From: Eledone cirrhosa
Lineage: Eukaryota
Assembly: GCA_964016885.1 (NCBI GenBank)
Contig: OZ024741.1
Coordinates: 53,754,001 to 53,818,000 of the forward strand
DNA: 64,000 nucleotides
Direction of reading: 5' to 3'
Positions 1-12,125 of this stretch are shown one piece after another (the first letter of the stretch is position 1; each line of letters starts with the position of its first letter). Under the pieces are notes generated by a model. The model was given only the letters and a program-made list of their open reading frames with translations, was not told the origin of the DNA and searched no databases. The translations under genes and the position numbers were made by a program.

Positions 1-642
1 GGAGCGGCCTCCAAATCCCACAGTGGTGCCTGGCTCCTTGCCCTGCCCTCCTTCTCCACTGGCACGCAGCTAGACACCGTGGACTCTTTCGGCCTCCACG
101 CGCTTTCCTGTTGCCACAGTGCCGGCCGCCTTCCACGCCATGCTGCCCTCAACGATGTCATAAACCATGGCTTGGACGCTGCAGGCTTCCTTTCCCAGCT
201 CGAGCTTCTTGGGCTGGACAGAGGGGACGGCGAAAGGCCAGATGGCATGACCATCTTCTCGTTCCGTGGTGGCAAACTCCTCGTCTGGGATGCCACTTGC
301 ACGGACACTCTCTGCAGCCGTAACCTGGTGCAGTGTGCGACTAACCCAGGTTCTGCTGCACGTCGGGCTGAGGAGGCCAAACTCTTCAAATACCGGTCGC
401 TCTCCGACAGGTTTGTGGCTGTACCCTTGGCAGCGGAAACTTCTGGTGTCCTCGGCCCTAGGGCTACCTCACTACTCACCACCATAGGCGCTGAGCTGGC
501 CAGCCGCAGGTGTGAGCCCCGCGAGTTGGAGTGGCTTTTTCAGCGCGTCTCCCTTGCCGTCCTCCGGGGAAACGCCTTCTCTATTCTGTCCGCCGCGGCT
601 GTGGGGAGACAAGCTGATTATATTAGAAATTGTGTTGAATAG
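1..642 (+). mobile_element. 3' end of a CRE-like non-LTR retrotransposon (restriction-like endonuclease domain), truncated at the window edge
   Basis: Frame 1 is open from base 1: SGAWLLALP...GLHALSC...RHAALNDVI...RPDGMT...LLVWDATCTDT...AEEAKLFKY...PLAAETSGVLG...LFQRVSLAVLRGNA. This is the PD-(D/E)xK RLE signature of CRE-type elements. Much more GC-rich than the flanks. Confidence 0.8.
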
Positions 643-689
643 TCTTAAATACAATTTACTGTAGAGCGGCTCACAGATAGCTACATATT

Positions 690-1085
690 GGTAAATATAT
701 ATGTATATATGTGATTGTGTGTGTGGGTAGGTATGGATGTTATTGCATGTGCGTATCTCTTTTTTTTTACTTTTATATGTACACCTGTATATGTCTCTGT
801 ATCTATATATATGTATATACAGTTACATGAAGCATATCTCAGATGTTTTTTTCATATAGTTACGGTCCCGTTAATAGACTGTACTTGCAACTTACTAACT
901 AGCCGTGCCCATTCTGGTTCTGTGAAGTCCAGCTTTTTAAGATTGTACTGAGATAATTAGTAACATATCCTAGAGCCCAAATGATCACAGGTAAAAATGT
1001 AAACGCATAGTCAGTGTGGTGTATCTGCAATTTCCTTATTAGACTAGCATAATTGTTCTCTTTTTCGCTAATCTCTGGGTTAACA
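690..1085 (-). mobile_element. R4/Dong-like LINE 3' fragment (RLE C-terminus plus 3' UTR)
   Basis: Reverse complement matches 57880-58230 (PVIIGALGYV...LQVQSI.GTV.I.K) and the same 3' UTR (ACAATAACATCCATACCTAC). Confidence 0.7.
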
Positions 1086-1533
1086 ATTCTACGGAGTGTA
1101 TTGTATTATTTTTTGGTCACGATATCATATCTCTTTAGACAGTTGCCTATGATTAGGGTGACATCTTCGATGTTTATTTCCTAAAGTCTGCATTTGTTTT
1201 CATATCTATTTCCTGTTCTTGTATTGCAAAAGTATATATTTCTAAGTGAGAGCCACCGTACCGGTTGTTGGTCAAAGATAGACAGCTTTGCTTATCTATA
1301 TTGTTCTCAATTTCAAACCTCCTGGCAACATAGCCAAGCATCAGTTTTCACATGTATGTATGTGCATATGTATGTATGTATGTATGCATGTATGTATGTA
1401 TTTATCTATGTATATGTATGTACAAATACATGTGTATATATGCATGTATAATTATATTAATACATATACAAATGTGTGTGTATACACGTATATACACATA
1501 TAGACCCTCTCTCTCTCTCACACACACACACAC

Positions 1534-1607
<74 letters not shown>

Positions 1608-2010
1608 CCATACATATGTACATATACACATACACACATATATACTTATATATTTGCGTGAATTGTAATATAGGGAAAAACATATTCAATAGTGTTAAGT
1701 AGAATGGAATAACATATATTGGAATCTCTGTCTGCCTACAGTCATTTTATAAACGTGATACAATGCAATAAGTAATCTACGCTGGCTACATTACGTTGAA
1801 TATATTTTTTTATACTGGCACCCTTTTGCTGTGTCCCTCCACCATTGTGACACACGTCTACCACTCAGAATCCATATAATAATCTCTTATGCAAACTATG
1901 CTACTTTGAGCTTTATTTTCCCTGGCACTAATATTTTTTTAATTTAATCTACATACATTCACACACATACACTCACGAGCACACACACACACAAACACAA
2001 ACCGACACTC

Positions 2011-2071
<61 letters not shown>

Positions 2072-2095
2072 ATATTTGTAAAAAATAACGCAATT

Positions 2096-2155
<60 letters not shown>

Positions 2156-2360
2156 CTGAATTTGTTTAGCAAGATCCTTTATCTGTAAACGTGTGTTGAA
2201 ACCGATATTGTTATACTTTGGGAGGGTCATGTTTCTAATAAGAAACACACGCACCACTTGCTTTCACTTGAATTTATTATAAATTAAATTTATAAATTTA
2301 GGAATTTATAAATTTCCGGCTGGTTGGTTGGTTCCACAACCAGACGATTGTTCATATATT

Positions 2361-2403
2361 GTCAAAGTTCTTTCGTCACACATTATGTGACCTCTTCAGT
2401 GAC
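2361..2403 (-). ncRNA. Minimal type I hammerhead ribozyme within a (TA)n-flanked element (~2155-2472)
   Basis: Minus strand: GUCA-CUGAAGA-G.GUCACAUA.A.UGUGUGAC-GAAA-GAAC-UU-UGAC. Stem I GUCA/UGAC, paired stem II, intact core. Confidence 0.75.
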
Positions 2404-2477
2404 TTGGGATTCTTTTCTTTGTTTTTGTGCCTCTCTCTTGTTCTGTCCTACGCCATCTTGTTTTTGTGTGTCGTATA

Positions 2478-2518
<41 letters not shown>

Positions 2519-2713
2519 TAGGTATAGGATTACCCAAGATGTAGTAATGGTTAATTACTACACTGGATAAGGTTGTCGTACGGTGAGAGGTTACTCTACG
2601 AGTTATGGAAGAATTGTTGAAGAAACTTAGTTCCTGATCCTTCTGTATTCCGGAGTGTATATAAAGAATGAATAATAACAGGTAGACATCATAAAAAGGT
2701 AATTTATTCCGTG

Positions 2714-2825
2714 TGCTTACAAATGTTTCCACGGTGGTACTACAGCCTAGTTATGCTATGTGCAAATTTACAAGTATTTGCAGAACTCAAATATCCAATG
2801 CTGTGACCACTGTATCCTCAGAGCA
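2714..2825 (-). ncRNA. Type I hammerhead ribozyme with extended stem II in the PLE family 1 pseudo-LTR (intact copy)
   Basis: UGCU-CUGAGGA-UACAGUGGU...ACCACCGUG (stem II 85 nt in total)-GAAA-CAUUUG-UA-AGCA. Confidence 0.7.
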
Positions 2826-3315
2826 AAATGGTAAAATGTACAATGTAAATACCCTTAAGTGGGGTTGTTGGGGAAGATAGAGTAGAAAAGGATGAGAGAA
2901 AAGTAGGGGAGAGGGAGAGAGAGAGAAAGATATGCAGGGGTTGGAGAAGTAGGAGAGAGTGTTTTGTAGATATCTTAATCAAAATGTTATGGTAGGGGTT
3001 TTATTATACTGGTTACTTTTGGAGAGATGCGTTGATAGTTAAGGTCTGAATTATTTATTGCCCCAGAGGGCAGGTTGATAGATGTAGAGAGGGAGGTAGG
3101 CCAAAGGCGAGATATAGAGAGTGTAATGGATGTAGAGTGAGAGATAGCGAGAGGACAGACGAAGTTTATGTGGTGAGTGAACTTTGGGTTTGTAGTAGTA
3201 ATCTGTGAATTGCACTAAGTTACCATTTATAGTGATAAGCAGTGTATTGTCTTGTAGTGTGAGGGAAGAGAAGGTGGTTAGCTAGAAAGCGATGTTATAG
3301 TTACGGGTTCGAATG

Positions 3316-4023
3316 TTAAGTTATTTTATAGTGAGAGAATTTAGCTTTTAGTTTGTGGTTGCAGTATAATGATCGTTCAATTCTATCGTTAAGTAGTTTG
3401 TTTTGGGATTTTAATATGTAAATGAGTTCAAGGTTACATAACCTGCAGTACTTCAATCCACTCCGATATGCACTTGCGCTGGAAAGTATATTCCATTTTA
3501 AGGTGAACCGTTGGTTGCGTTCACGGAGTTGCCAGGTCTTGTTGGCGAGCGTAGTCACAAAACGGTGATTAGGATGTTTGATTGAGAATCGATGACGGTA
3601 CCAGCGAGATTTAAACGAGGTGGTGGTAGATCCGATATAATACCATTTCTGGTCGTTCGATTTAATCGTGCATTAGTAAACAATGTTGGACTTTAGGCAT
3701 TCATTCTTCAATGGACATCTTTCAGGTAGATGGCAATTACATTCTTTGTTGTGGGTAGCGGGTATACCATGGATAGGTTGCGATAGCGGTACAGGTGGAT
3801 TGTGTAATACCCGTCTCCCATTTAGTGGTTGGGAGGCAGATATTACGTTCTGCCCATCTGTTACTAAAATGTTTTGTTTTGTAGAGTTGTTTAATTGCGT
3901 TAAGTTAAGTTTTTTTTATGTATGCTTCAAGGTTAGGTGCCGTGGAGTATGATAGTCTAATAGTTTTAGAGTTCAGAATTTTGCTCTATTTATGGGAACT
4001 AGGGAAATGTTTGTTGATTATCT
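3316..4023 (-). pseudogene. PLE linker + GIY-YIG endonuclease, left arm (in-frame stops)
   Basis: IINKHFPSSHK*...SNIVY*CTIKSNDQKWYYIGSTTTSFKSRW...CRLCNLE...LLNDRIE...CNHK. Confidence 0.85.
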
Positions 4024-4712
4024 ATTTCCCTAGTTCCCATAAATAGAGCAAAATTCTGAAATCTAAAACTATTAGACTATCATACTCCACGGCACCAAAC
4101 CTTGAAGCATACATAAAAAAACTTAACTTAAGGCAATTAAACAACTCTACAAAGCAAAACATTTTAGTAACAGATGGGCAGAACGTAATATCTGCCTCCC
4201 AACCACTAAATGGGAGACGGGTATTACACAATCCACCTGTACCGCTATCACAACCTATCCATGGTATACCCGCTACCCACAACAAAGAATGTAACTGCCA
4301 TCTACCTGAAAGATGTCCATTGAAGAATGAATGCCTAAAGTCCATTGTTTACCAATGCACGGTTGAATCGAACGACCAGAAATGGTATTATATCGGATCT
4401 GCCACCTCCTCGTTTAGATCTCGCTGGTACCGTCATCGATTCTCAATCAAACGTCCTAATGACCGTTTTGTGACCACGCTCGCCAACAAGACCTGGCAAC
4501 TCCGTGAACGCAACCAACGGTTCACCTTAAAATGGGATATAGTTTCCAGCGCAAGTGCATATCGGAGTGGATTGAAGTACTGCAGGTTATGTAACCTTGA
4601 ACTCATTTACATATTAAAATCCCAAAACAAACTACTTAACGATAGAATTGAACGATCATTATACTGCAACCACAAACTAAAAGCTAAATTCTCTCACTAT
4701 AAAATAACTTAA
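4024..4712 (+). pseudogene. PLE linker + GIY-YIG endonuclease, right arm; resembles the Hydra-type C-terminal-EN clade
   Basis: CxCx5CP linker, IVYQCTV...YYIGSATSSFRSRWYRH, CRLCNLE, LLN...CNHK. Upstream frameshift and stop. The clade call rests on recalled motifs and the (TA)n target, not on a phylogeny. Confidence 0.85.
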
Positions 4713-5202
4713 CATTCGAACCCGTAACTATAACATCGCTTTCTAGCTAACCACCTTCTCTTCCCTCACACTACAAGACAATACACTGCTTATCACTATA
4801 AATGGTAACTTAGTGCAATTCACAGATTACTACTACAAACCCAAAGTTCACTCACCACATAAACTTCGTCTGTCCTCTCGCTATCTCTCACTCTACATCC
4901 ATTACACTCTCTATATCTCGCCTTTGGCCTACCTCCCTCTCTACATCTATCAACCTGCCCTCTGGGGCAATAAATAATTCAGACCTTAACTATCAACGCA
5001 TCTCTCCAAAAGTAACCAGTATAATAAAACCCCTACCATAACATTTTGATTAAGATATCTACAAAACACTCTCTCCTACTTCTCCAACCCCTGCATATCT
5101 TTCTCTCTCTCTCCCTCTCCCCTACTTTTCTCTCATCCTTTTCTACTCTATCTTCCCCAACAACCCCACTTAAGGGTATTTACATTGTACATTTTACCAT
5201 TT

Positions 5203-5310
5203 TGCTCTGAGGATACAGTGGTCACAGCATTGGATATTTGAGTTCTGCAAATACTTGTAAATTTGCACATAGCATAACTAGGCTGTAGTACCACCGTGGA
5301 AACATTTGTA
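5203..5310 (+). ncRNA. Hammerhead ribozyme of the right arm, lacking the 3' strand of stem I
   Basis: Identical to 2714-2825 up to GAAACAUUUGUA; the next 28 nt are deleted. Confidence 0.65.
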
Positions 5311-5333
5311 ATGTCTACCTGTTATTATTCATT

Positions 5334-5364
<31 letters not shown>

Positions 5365-5476
5365 CGACTAGTACTTTGCGAAAACAACACCTACCTTCAG
5401 CACTGAGCATATAAAAAAATTGAAATAACAGAGTTAAGCTATATTCCATCGTTATGTTTTTCTGTTTTAATTCTAG

Positions 5477-5533
5477 CTGTCTGATGAGGTCATAGCTGTG
5501 GAATAATTGTTTTCAACGAAATATACATAACAG
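5477..5533 (+). ncRNA. Putative type I hammerhead ribozyme (weak stem II) in a (TA)n-flanked element (~5365-5590)
   Basis: CUGU-CUGAUGA-GGUC...CAAC-GAAA-UAUACA-UA-ACAG. Stem I CUGU/ACAG; stem II poorly paired. Confidence 0.5.
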
Positions 5534-5775
5534 AGACAATGAATAAACGAAGTTACTTTTAACCTGTTGACTTACACTTCTTGTTTTCATATATATATAT
5601 ATATATATTTGTGTGTGTGTATGAGTGTAAAAATAATTCATAGATACCAAAGAGAATGATATTAAACAAATGCAACATAGCTTTAAGCAAAACATTAAAA
5701 ACTACTGAACATTTGTATGGGTATTACGACTCTACATTAAACTGATACATGCACACACATACACACACGCGCGCG

Positions 5776-5850
<75 letters not shown>

Positions 5851-5879
5851 GTATATATGTATATATATATATATATGTA

Positions 5880-5961
<82 letters not shown>

Positions 5962-7394
5962 TACATATATATATATACACATATATATGCATGTATGTAT
6001 ACATATACACATATATCCGTGTGTGTGCGTGTATCCGTGAACCTGTATGTGCGTGTATATGTATGCGTACACACATTTATGTGTATATGTGTACATCCAT
6101 ATGGAGGTTGTCATGTAACATCAATGGTGGTAACAAAACATCGAATGTCACGTGATTCTCATTTTTTCCTTTCATACAGTTGAATTATGCTTCAGTGAAT
6201 AACAAAGAAAACACTCACACAAAATTAAACACTCACAAAAAAATTAAATTAACTTATAATGAGAAAAGCGCTATTATTAATTAATGTAATTAAACAAAAT
6301 CCTATGTCACTCATCGATATATTTAACTATTCAATTTGTTTAATTGCTCTATAGCTATTTTTTTTTTAAGGGAAAAAAAATGCGTTTCAAATTTTGATCA
6401 TTTATGTTAGTTTAATTTGTTATTTTCTATCTTTACACGAACAGAACTTTAAATATGACAAGATTTTTTTAAAAATACATATCAGCAAATTTATAATTAT
6501 ATATTTATATTTTATCTGGGAAGAATGCAGAATCGCATGGAAGAAAAGAAACAAAGAAAACCAACCATAGAGTGCCCCAAAGGCATATTGGGCGTTTGTC
6601 ATATGCGTATAACCGACTGTGTATGTAGTTGTGAGAGTCTGTTTATGTGTGGTTTGTGTGCTTGCCTTTGAGAGTGTGTGTATTTATTTGTATTAAGAAT
6701 TTGATTATTAATAATACTAATAAAGGTTCACTGGAGTACGAATTATATTCCTGTGAAATTTTAGGTAATGCAATTTTGATCAAAACTGTTTATAGTAACA
6801 CAAGAAAAAATAATAAGTGATCGGATATCCAATCTCAAAACGGATGGTTACAGATCGGAAATTGGTTGATTGTTTCATTTATTTCCGTTTCAAATTTGAT
6901 TTAGAGATTTTTACCGACGCCATAGTATTTTGTCTAAACATGAGTTCTGATTACTCACTGTAACCATTTCAAAAATTCTGACCGTCCGCTCTTTTCTCCT
7001 GAATTCTTACCCCTTCCTTGTCCTTCTACTATTATTTTTTCTGTCGTCTGATGCTGCGGAAGAGTTAGCATGAGGTTTGTTCCATTTGAGTTATGACTAC
7101 ATTTCATTTCCTTTAGCATCGTATTTCGTCGCGTCTCATATCATCTGCTTTCAACTTACGACTGGCTCTATCTAATTTTTTAAAGTGTAATTCCATGTTT
7201 TACGTTTCAGCTTATTCGCCTGAGGTAACGTTCATTTTTCTTCGCTCTCTATCCTGTTAATTGTCTCATGAAATCAGGTGATTAAACTGAATTGCATTAT
7301 TTGGCCCTCTGCAATATTTGATCTATTTTGACTCGTTACTTGCCCTTTTTTACCTGTCTCTTTTCTAGCTGATGACGTGTAGTCTGAGCGCCGT

Positions 7395-7570
7395 GTTTCT
7401 ACTTTTGGCACAAGGCCAGCAATTATCCCAGTGCATTACTGGTGCTTTATTTTATCGACCCCGTAAGGATGAAAGGCAAAGTTAACCCTGGCGGAATTTG
7501 AATTCAGACCGTAAAGGGACGGAGCTCCATGCTGCCAAGCGTGGCGTCTGACCCTCTACCAATACTGAAA
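7395..7570 (-). mobile_element. tRNA-derived MetaSINE-like SINE
   Basis: Matches the reference copy 29221-29409 (core ACTTTGCCTTTCATCCTTACGGGGTCGATAAAATAAAG). Confidence 0.8.
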
Positions 7571-8049
7571 CCACTGATATTTTTTGATAACTCTTATATT
7601 CATGGTTAGAATAAATGGCTGAAGTTCGGAATATATATATATATATAATCCATTATAATAGAATATTCCACTATTAATTTGGTAAGGTCAGAGAAGCACA
7701 CTAAAACTTCTCACACATTTTAGGAATTCAAACTGGTCGAAATGTTCTTCAGAAGTTAAAACTCTATTTATTGAGGACAGTACTGGTAGTAGAGCATTGA
7801 TATTTAAAATGAAGAAAAACGACTTAAGTCCATTCTTTCATTTCTACGTAGGTTTCTCATTGTATATGCATATACAAACATTAAGTTAAATTGAAACAGT
7901 TAATTACCAATTATTTACACAAGTCATAATACTCATAACATCTGTATATCATAAGGAATTACTAACTGGATTGATTTTATTTAAATTCAAATAACCGCCC
8001 ATGTAATCGTTTTATCGGGCAAAGTTGTAAGAAATTGCACGCTTAAATC

Positions 8050-8375
8050 TTCCGCGGCAAAACCCTCATGTGGGATGCTATATGCAGCGACAACCTGGTG
8101 CAGTCTGTGACTAATCCAGACACTTCCGCACTTCGGGCCGAGGAGGATAAACACTCCAAATATTAGTCGCTCTCCAACAGGTTTGCCGTCGTGCCCTTAG
8201 CAGTGGAGACTTCTAGTGTACTTGGCCCATGGACCACCTCGCTACTCACCACCATCGGCACGGAGATGACTACCCGTAGATGTGAGCCTGGTGAGTTGGA
8301 ATGGCTCTTCAAACGCGTCTCTCTCACCATCCTCCGGGTAAATGTATTGACCATTCTGCCCACCGGCCCACGCGT
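8050..8375 (+). mobile_element. Degenerate CRE-like RLE fragment (paralog of 1-642)
   Basis: WDA.C...NLVQ.VTNP...PLAVETSSVLGP.TTSLLTTIG...CEPGELEWLFKRVSL; colinear with 270-600. Confidence 0.8.
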
Positions 8376-9084
8376 AGACACCCATTTCTATGTAACAGTG
8401 AGAGATGAGGAAAACGAGCGAAACGAGCGAACGAGGGTAAGTGAATGAAAGAAAAAGAATATCAACTCACACAAGCACATATACATACTTCTTTCATCAT
8501 CAACACCATCCCAAGTAAAAGAAATGTTTGTTTATTTACTTTTAATTTACTTTACTTTAGTTAAAATATCCGAAACTTAACGAAAAAAATAACAAACGTC
8601 GTCTGTGAAGGTCGAATTTCTGAACTTACAAATCAGAGAAGAAATAAATATATAAGTGGATATAGGAGGCTCTGGCGTAGAAAATAACTGTAATTACAGT
8701 CAGTTGGTAAAAATAGCTTATAAAGATAGGGTAGAGATCCTTATGAAGCTAATTCCTTGGCCCTTCGTAAGCTAGAAGATACGAACTTCACACCCGAAAT
8801 TTGTTTATATTTTCAAAAGCAGTTTGGTTCAGCTCCATAATTTACACGGTAATAGATTGGTATGGGTCTCTTACCTCAATGTCTTAAACACCTGGCTCAC
8901 ACCTGGGACACAGAGAGTTTGATTCTCCGTTGCAGTCGCTAGTAACCTTTCTTCCTTCTCTATAAAACGTTACCCGACGTTTATATTCCGTAGCAATTGA
9001 CAGTAATAGTATTATTTTCTGCATCCTACATCCTCATATTTATATCTATTAATCTTATATACATATATATATAGAGAGAGATGG

Positions 9085-9173
<89 letters not shown>

Positions 9174-9175
<2 letters not shown>

Positions 9176-9378
9176 CGAAGGAAATGTGGTAAGGAACCAG
9201 GTGGACCATAACGCACCAAAGTACTCAATACTTAGGGTAGTAGAGTGGGTAATAGGAAAGAGTAAGACGCCGACGGCTGAGCTCAAGCCGTTTCGACGGC
9301 TAATTCTGGACTAAAAATGTTTAGTCCAGAATTAGCCGTCGAAACAGCTTGAGCTCAGCCGTCGGGGTCTTACTCGTT

Positions 9379-9381
<3 letters not shown>
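9174..9381. mobile_element. PLE family 2 mini-foldback (3' end with ~80-bp tail on minus, short inverted arm on plus) in (TA)n
   Basis: Homologous to 52885-53027. Palindrome centred at ~9318. Carries the GAAACGGCUUGAGCUCAGCCGUC half of the HHR. Confidence 0.85.
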
Positions 9382-9419
<38 letters not shown>

Positions 9420-9422
<3 letters not shown>

Positions 9423-9520
9423 TTGTCCCAAAAAATATATACGCACTTTCATTTCCTGTACAATCAATATTTATTAGAATGCAGTTGAAGTGCAAATACA
9501 TTGTTTGGGGACAAACTGTA
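9420..9520. mobile_element. ~100-bp Tc1/mariner-type MITE
   Basis: Imperfect TIRs AGGTTGTCCCAAAA / TTTGGGGACAAACT, TA flanks; homologous to 49493-49589 and 13225-13302. Confidence 0.6.
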
Positions 9521-9652
9521 TATAATATATAAATATAAGATGAACCTAAATATAAGATGAACCTAAACATCTAGTTCTCACTTGGGTTAACCTAAAGTAA
9601 CTTCGCGTTACACTCCCTGGATATATATATATAAGTGTGTGAGTATGTATAC

Positions 9653-9683
<31 letters not shown>

Positions 9684-9692
9684 TAGATATAT

Positions 9693-9750
<58 letters not shown>

Positions 9751-10499
9751 ATATATATTTAGATTGATAGCTCGATATTTTAATTTAATGTTTAAACACA
9801 TTAAAATTCTTAATTAGAATACTTTTTTGTAAAGTAGAAATATTAGAATTAGAACGGATGTAATTATTTGCTGTATTTCTTATTAATATATCATTTTTAA
9901 AATGTGTCTTTTAATTGATAATTTCTTGAGCTCACGCACGTTTTAAAGTATACACACGTGTATTGATCAAATTTCTGATTGGTAGGAGCTGACCTGTGGC
10001 TGGATATTAACACGAAAGTTGGACAGAATGTGTAATGTAGTCCCAGATATGTTTCAGATAAAAAGAAACACAATATATATAACGTCGAGTATGTCTGTCA
10101 TCATACGACTGCTGGATCAGTGTAGGGCATCAACAACACAAAACATATAGAACAGCATGTCAGGAGCTGAATTAAGATCCGCTAGGTGGTAATTCAACTT
10201 GCTTGAAATTGCAGTGAAATCTTCCTGAAATTATAATCTGCTAACTTAAAATGGAAAGACATGTTAGTCAATATAGATTTAGATTAGATATCTCGAAACA
10301 TAATTAATTTTAATCTAGGCACAAACCTTACGATTTTACAAGACGGATAGGTTGATTACATCGGCCCCAGAACATGTTGCCTTGGACGGGATTTGAACAC
10401 CGAACGTAAAGGGATGTAACTAAAGGCTACACAGCATGTTCTCAAACGCCCTAGCGATGCTATTAATGCACCAGCCTTGTATAAGTAATGGTTACTTCT

Positions 10500-10697
10500 A
10501 AGTTAAGTACAGGAGCAGCAATCTTTGGTGAGGGGAATTCGATTATATCTACTCTAGTCATTTTACTATTACTTTACTTTATCGACATCGAAATGAAGAA
10601 AAGTAAAGTTGACCTCGGTGGAATTTGAACTCAGACCGTAAAATCCAGAATAAATACTACTAAAACAATTGACCGATACTCTAATGACTCTGTCAAT
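10500..10697 (-). mobile_element. Degenerate MetaSINE-like SINE (a second decayed copy lies at ~10310-10480)
   Basis: TTTATCGAC...AAAGTTGACCTCGGTGGAATTTGAACTCAGA. Confidence 0.65.
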
Positions 10698-11205
10698 CAA
10701 CCGTCAATTTTTTTAAATATAAATGATACGACTATAATGATATGTGAAACAACATTTGGCTCAATGTCTGCTTGAATGCATTTTAACATAGATCTCGTAA
10801 ATCTGAGCAATGACTTGAGTATTAAACAACAATAACAAAATACAACAAAGGCAGAACACATGGTAATTAGTTTATGTAGCCCTAGATTAATATGCTTGAA
10901 TACAAGACTTTGGTCACGGTTGAAAAGTATTTTGTTATCGATATCCTCAAGTTGGGAACAGACCCCGTTACTAAACAAAATCAACAAAGACTAAGCTCAT
11001 GACACAGAGTTCAATACGGCTTGCTAAAAGCTTGTAGATCTATTATTGAATTATACAATTTCAACGTCTTTTATGTATACATAGATAATTGCATTGGATT
11101 AGGAACGGTGATAAGGTTAGTGCTCCCGAAAATACATTGTTCCTGGACATCAGTGCCAATTTAGCTAAGTTTTACATCATATACGCCGACTTTAATCACT
11201 TTTTC

Positions 11206-11260
<55 letters not shown>

Positions 11261-11779
11261 TATTTCACTATTTTGTATCGTCTCTCTTTATCTATCTATC
11301 TATCTATCCCTTTTTGTCTCTTTCACTCTCTTCTCCAAATAATACTGGTTTTATATATATATATATATTTCTTTTGTTACCAATTTCCTTTCATTTGCTA
11401 ACTTACCCTACATCTCCCAATATCTTCAATTCTCTGGCTGTCCTTTGTTTTCTCTCTTTCTATATCACATTATCATTCTTTGTTCATTTTCTTCTTCTTT
11501 CCTTTGCATCTCTCCATCACTGGATCGTTGTCCCTCTCTTTCTCGCTCTTGCTCTCTCTTTTCTTGTAGTCATACACAGTTGCTGCACAGACACACTGGG
11601 CTTGTCCACTATTGCACAAATCCAACCGGAATTCAAACAGTTATTTCACGGCTACTTAGTAAAGTACGTGACGTATTTACTCAAGGAAACCAACTTTAAC
11701 CAAAACAAGAATTATCAAAGCACCATTAAGAGGCCATTGTACAGAAGAAAAAAGGGTAACCGCATCTCTCTCTCTCCCT

Positions 11780-12053
11780 CCTTATGTAATATTTATAAAA
11801 CAAACTTTGTATTTTATCTGATGAGGGCGTACCAAAGTTTTGGTACCCTTGAAATATATATAATAGAATAAATATAGTTTTATAAATATAGTTTCCATTT
11901 ATATAATATCATTGATATATATATAATCATATTTTCCATTTATTAATATTGTTAATATTAATAATACTCCAGATAAATTTGTAGAGTGCTTCAAATCTGT
12001 TATAAATTTAACTTTGTTGAATGATAATCAACAAACCATATAACTCATTGTTT
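11780..12053 (+). mobile_element. Probable PLE pseudo-LTR fragment (family 4) ending in (TA)n
   Basis: Homologous to 49700-49930; contains an HHR. Confidence 0.6.
11810..11870 (+). ncRNA. Minimal type I hammerhead ribozyme
   Basis: UAUUUUAU-CUGAUGA-GGGCGUACCAAA.G.UUUUGGUACCCUU-GAAA-UAUAUA-UA-AUAGAAUA. 8-bp stem I with one G-U pair, long stem II, palindromic stem III. Confidence 0.8.
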
Positions 12054-12075
12054 ATATATATATTTGTGTTTGTGT

Positions 12076-12122
<47 letters not shown>

Positions 12123-12125
<3 letters not shown>

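Larger units (their letters stand above)
2519..5340. mobile_element. Penelope-like element family 1, 5'-truncated foldback insertion (long arm 2519-4023 minus, short arm 4024-5340 plus) in (TA)n
   Basis: 2659-4008 is the reverse complement of 4024-5340, with a 15-bp spacer. Both arms encode the PLE RT-EN linker (KHFPSSHK...IRLSYSTAPNL, CNCHLPERCPLKNEC) and a GIY-YIG endonuclease. Flanked by (TA)n on both sides. Confidence 0.9.

Noticed and set aside
11101-11145. Hammerhead-like AGGAAC..GUGAUAA..GAAA..GUUCCU
   Set aside because: Stem I pairs but the core has several substitutions; possibly decayed, not callable.
11089-11871. 260-aa hydrophobic ORF resembling a membrane protein
   Set aside because: Runs through (TA)n and CT-rich low complexity into an HHR element; TTG start; no family motif.
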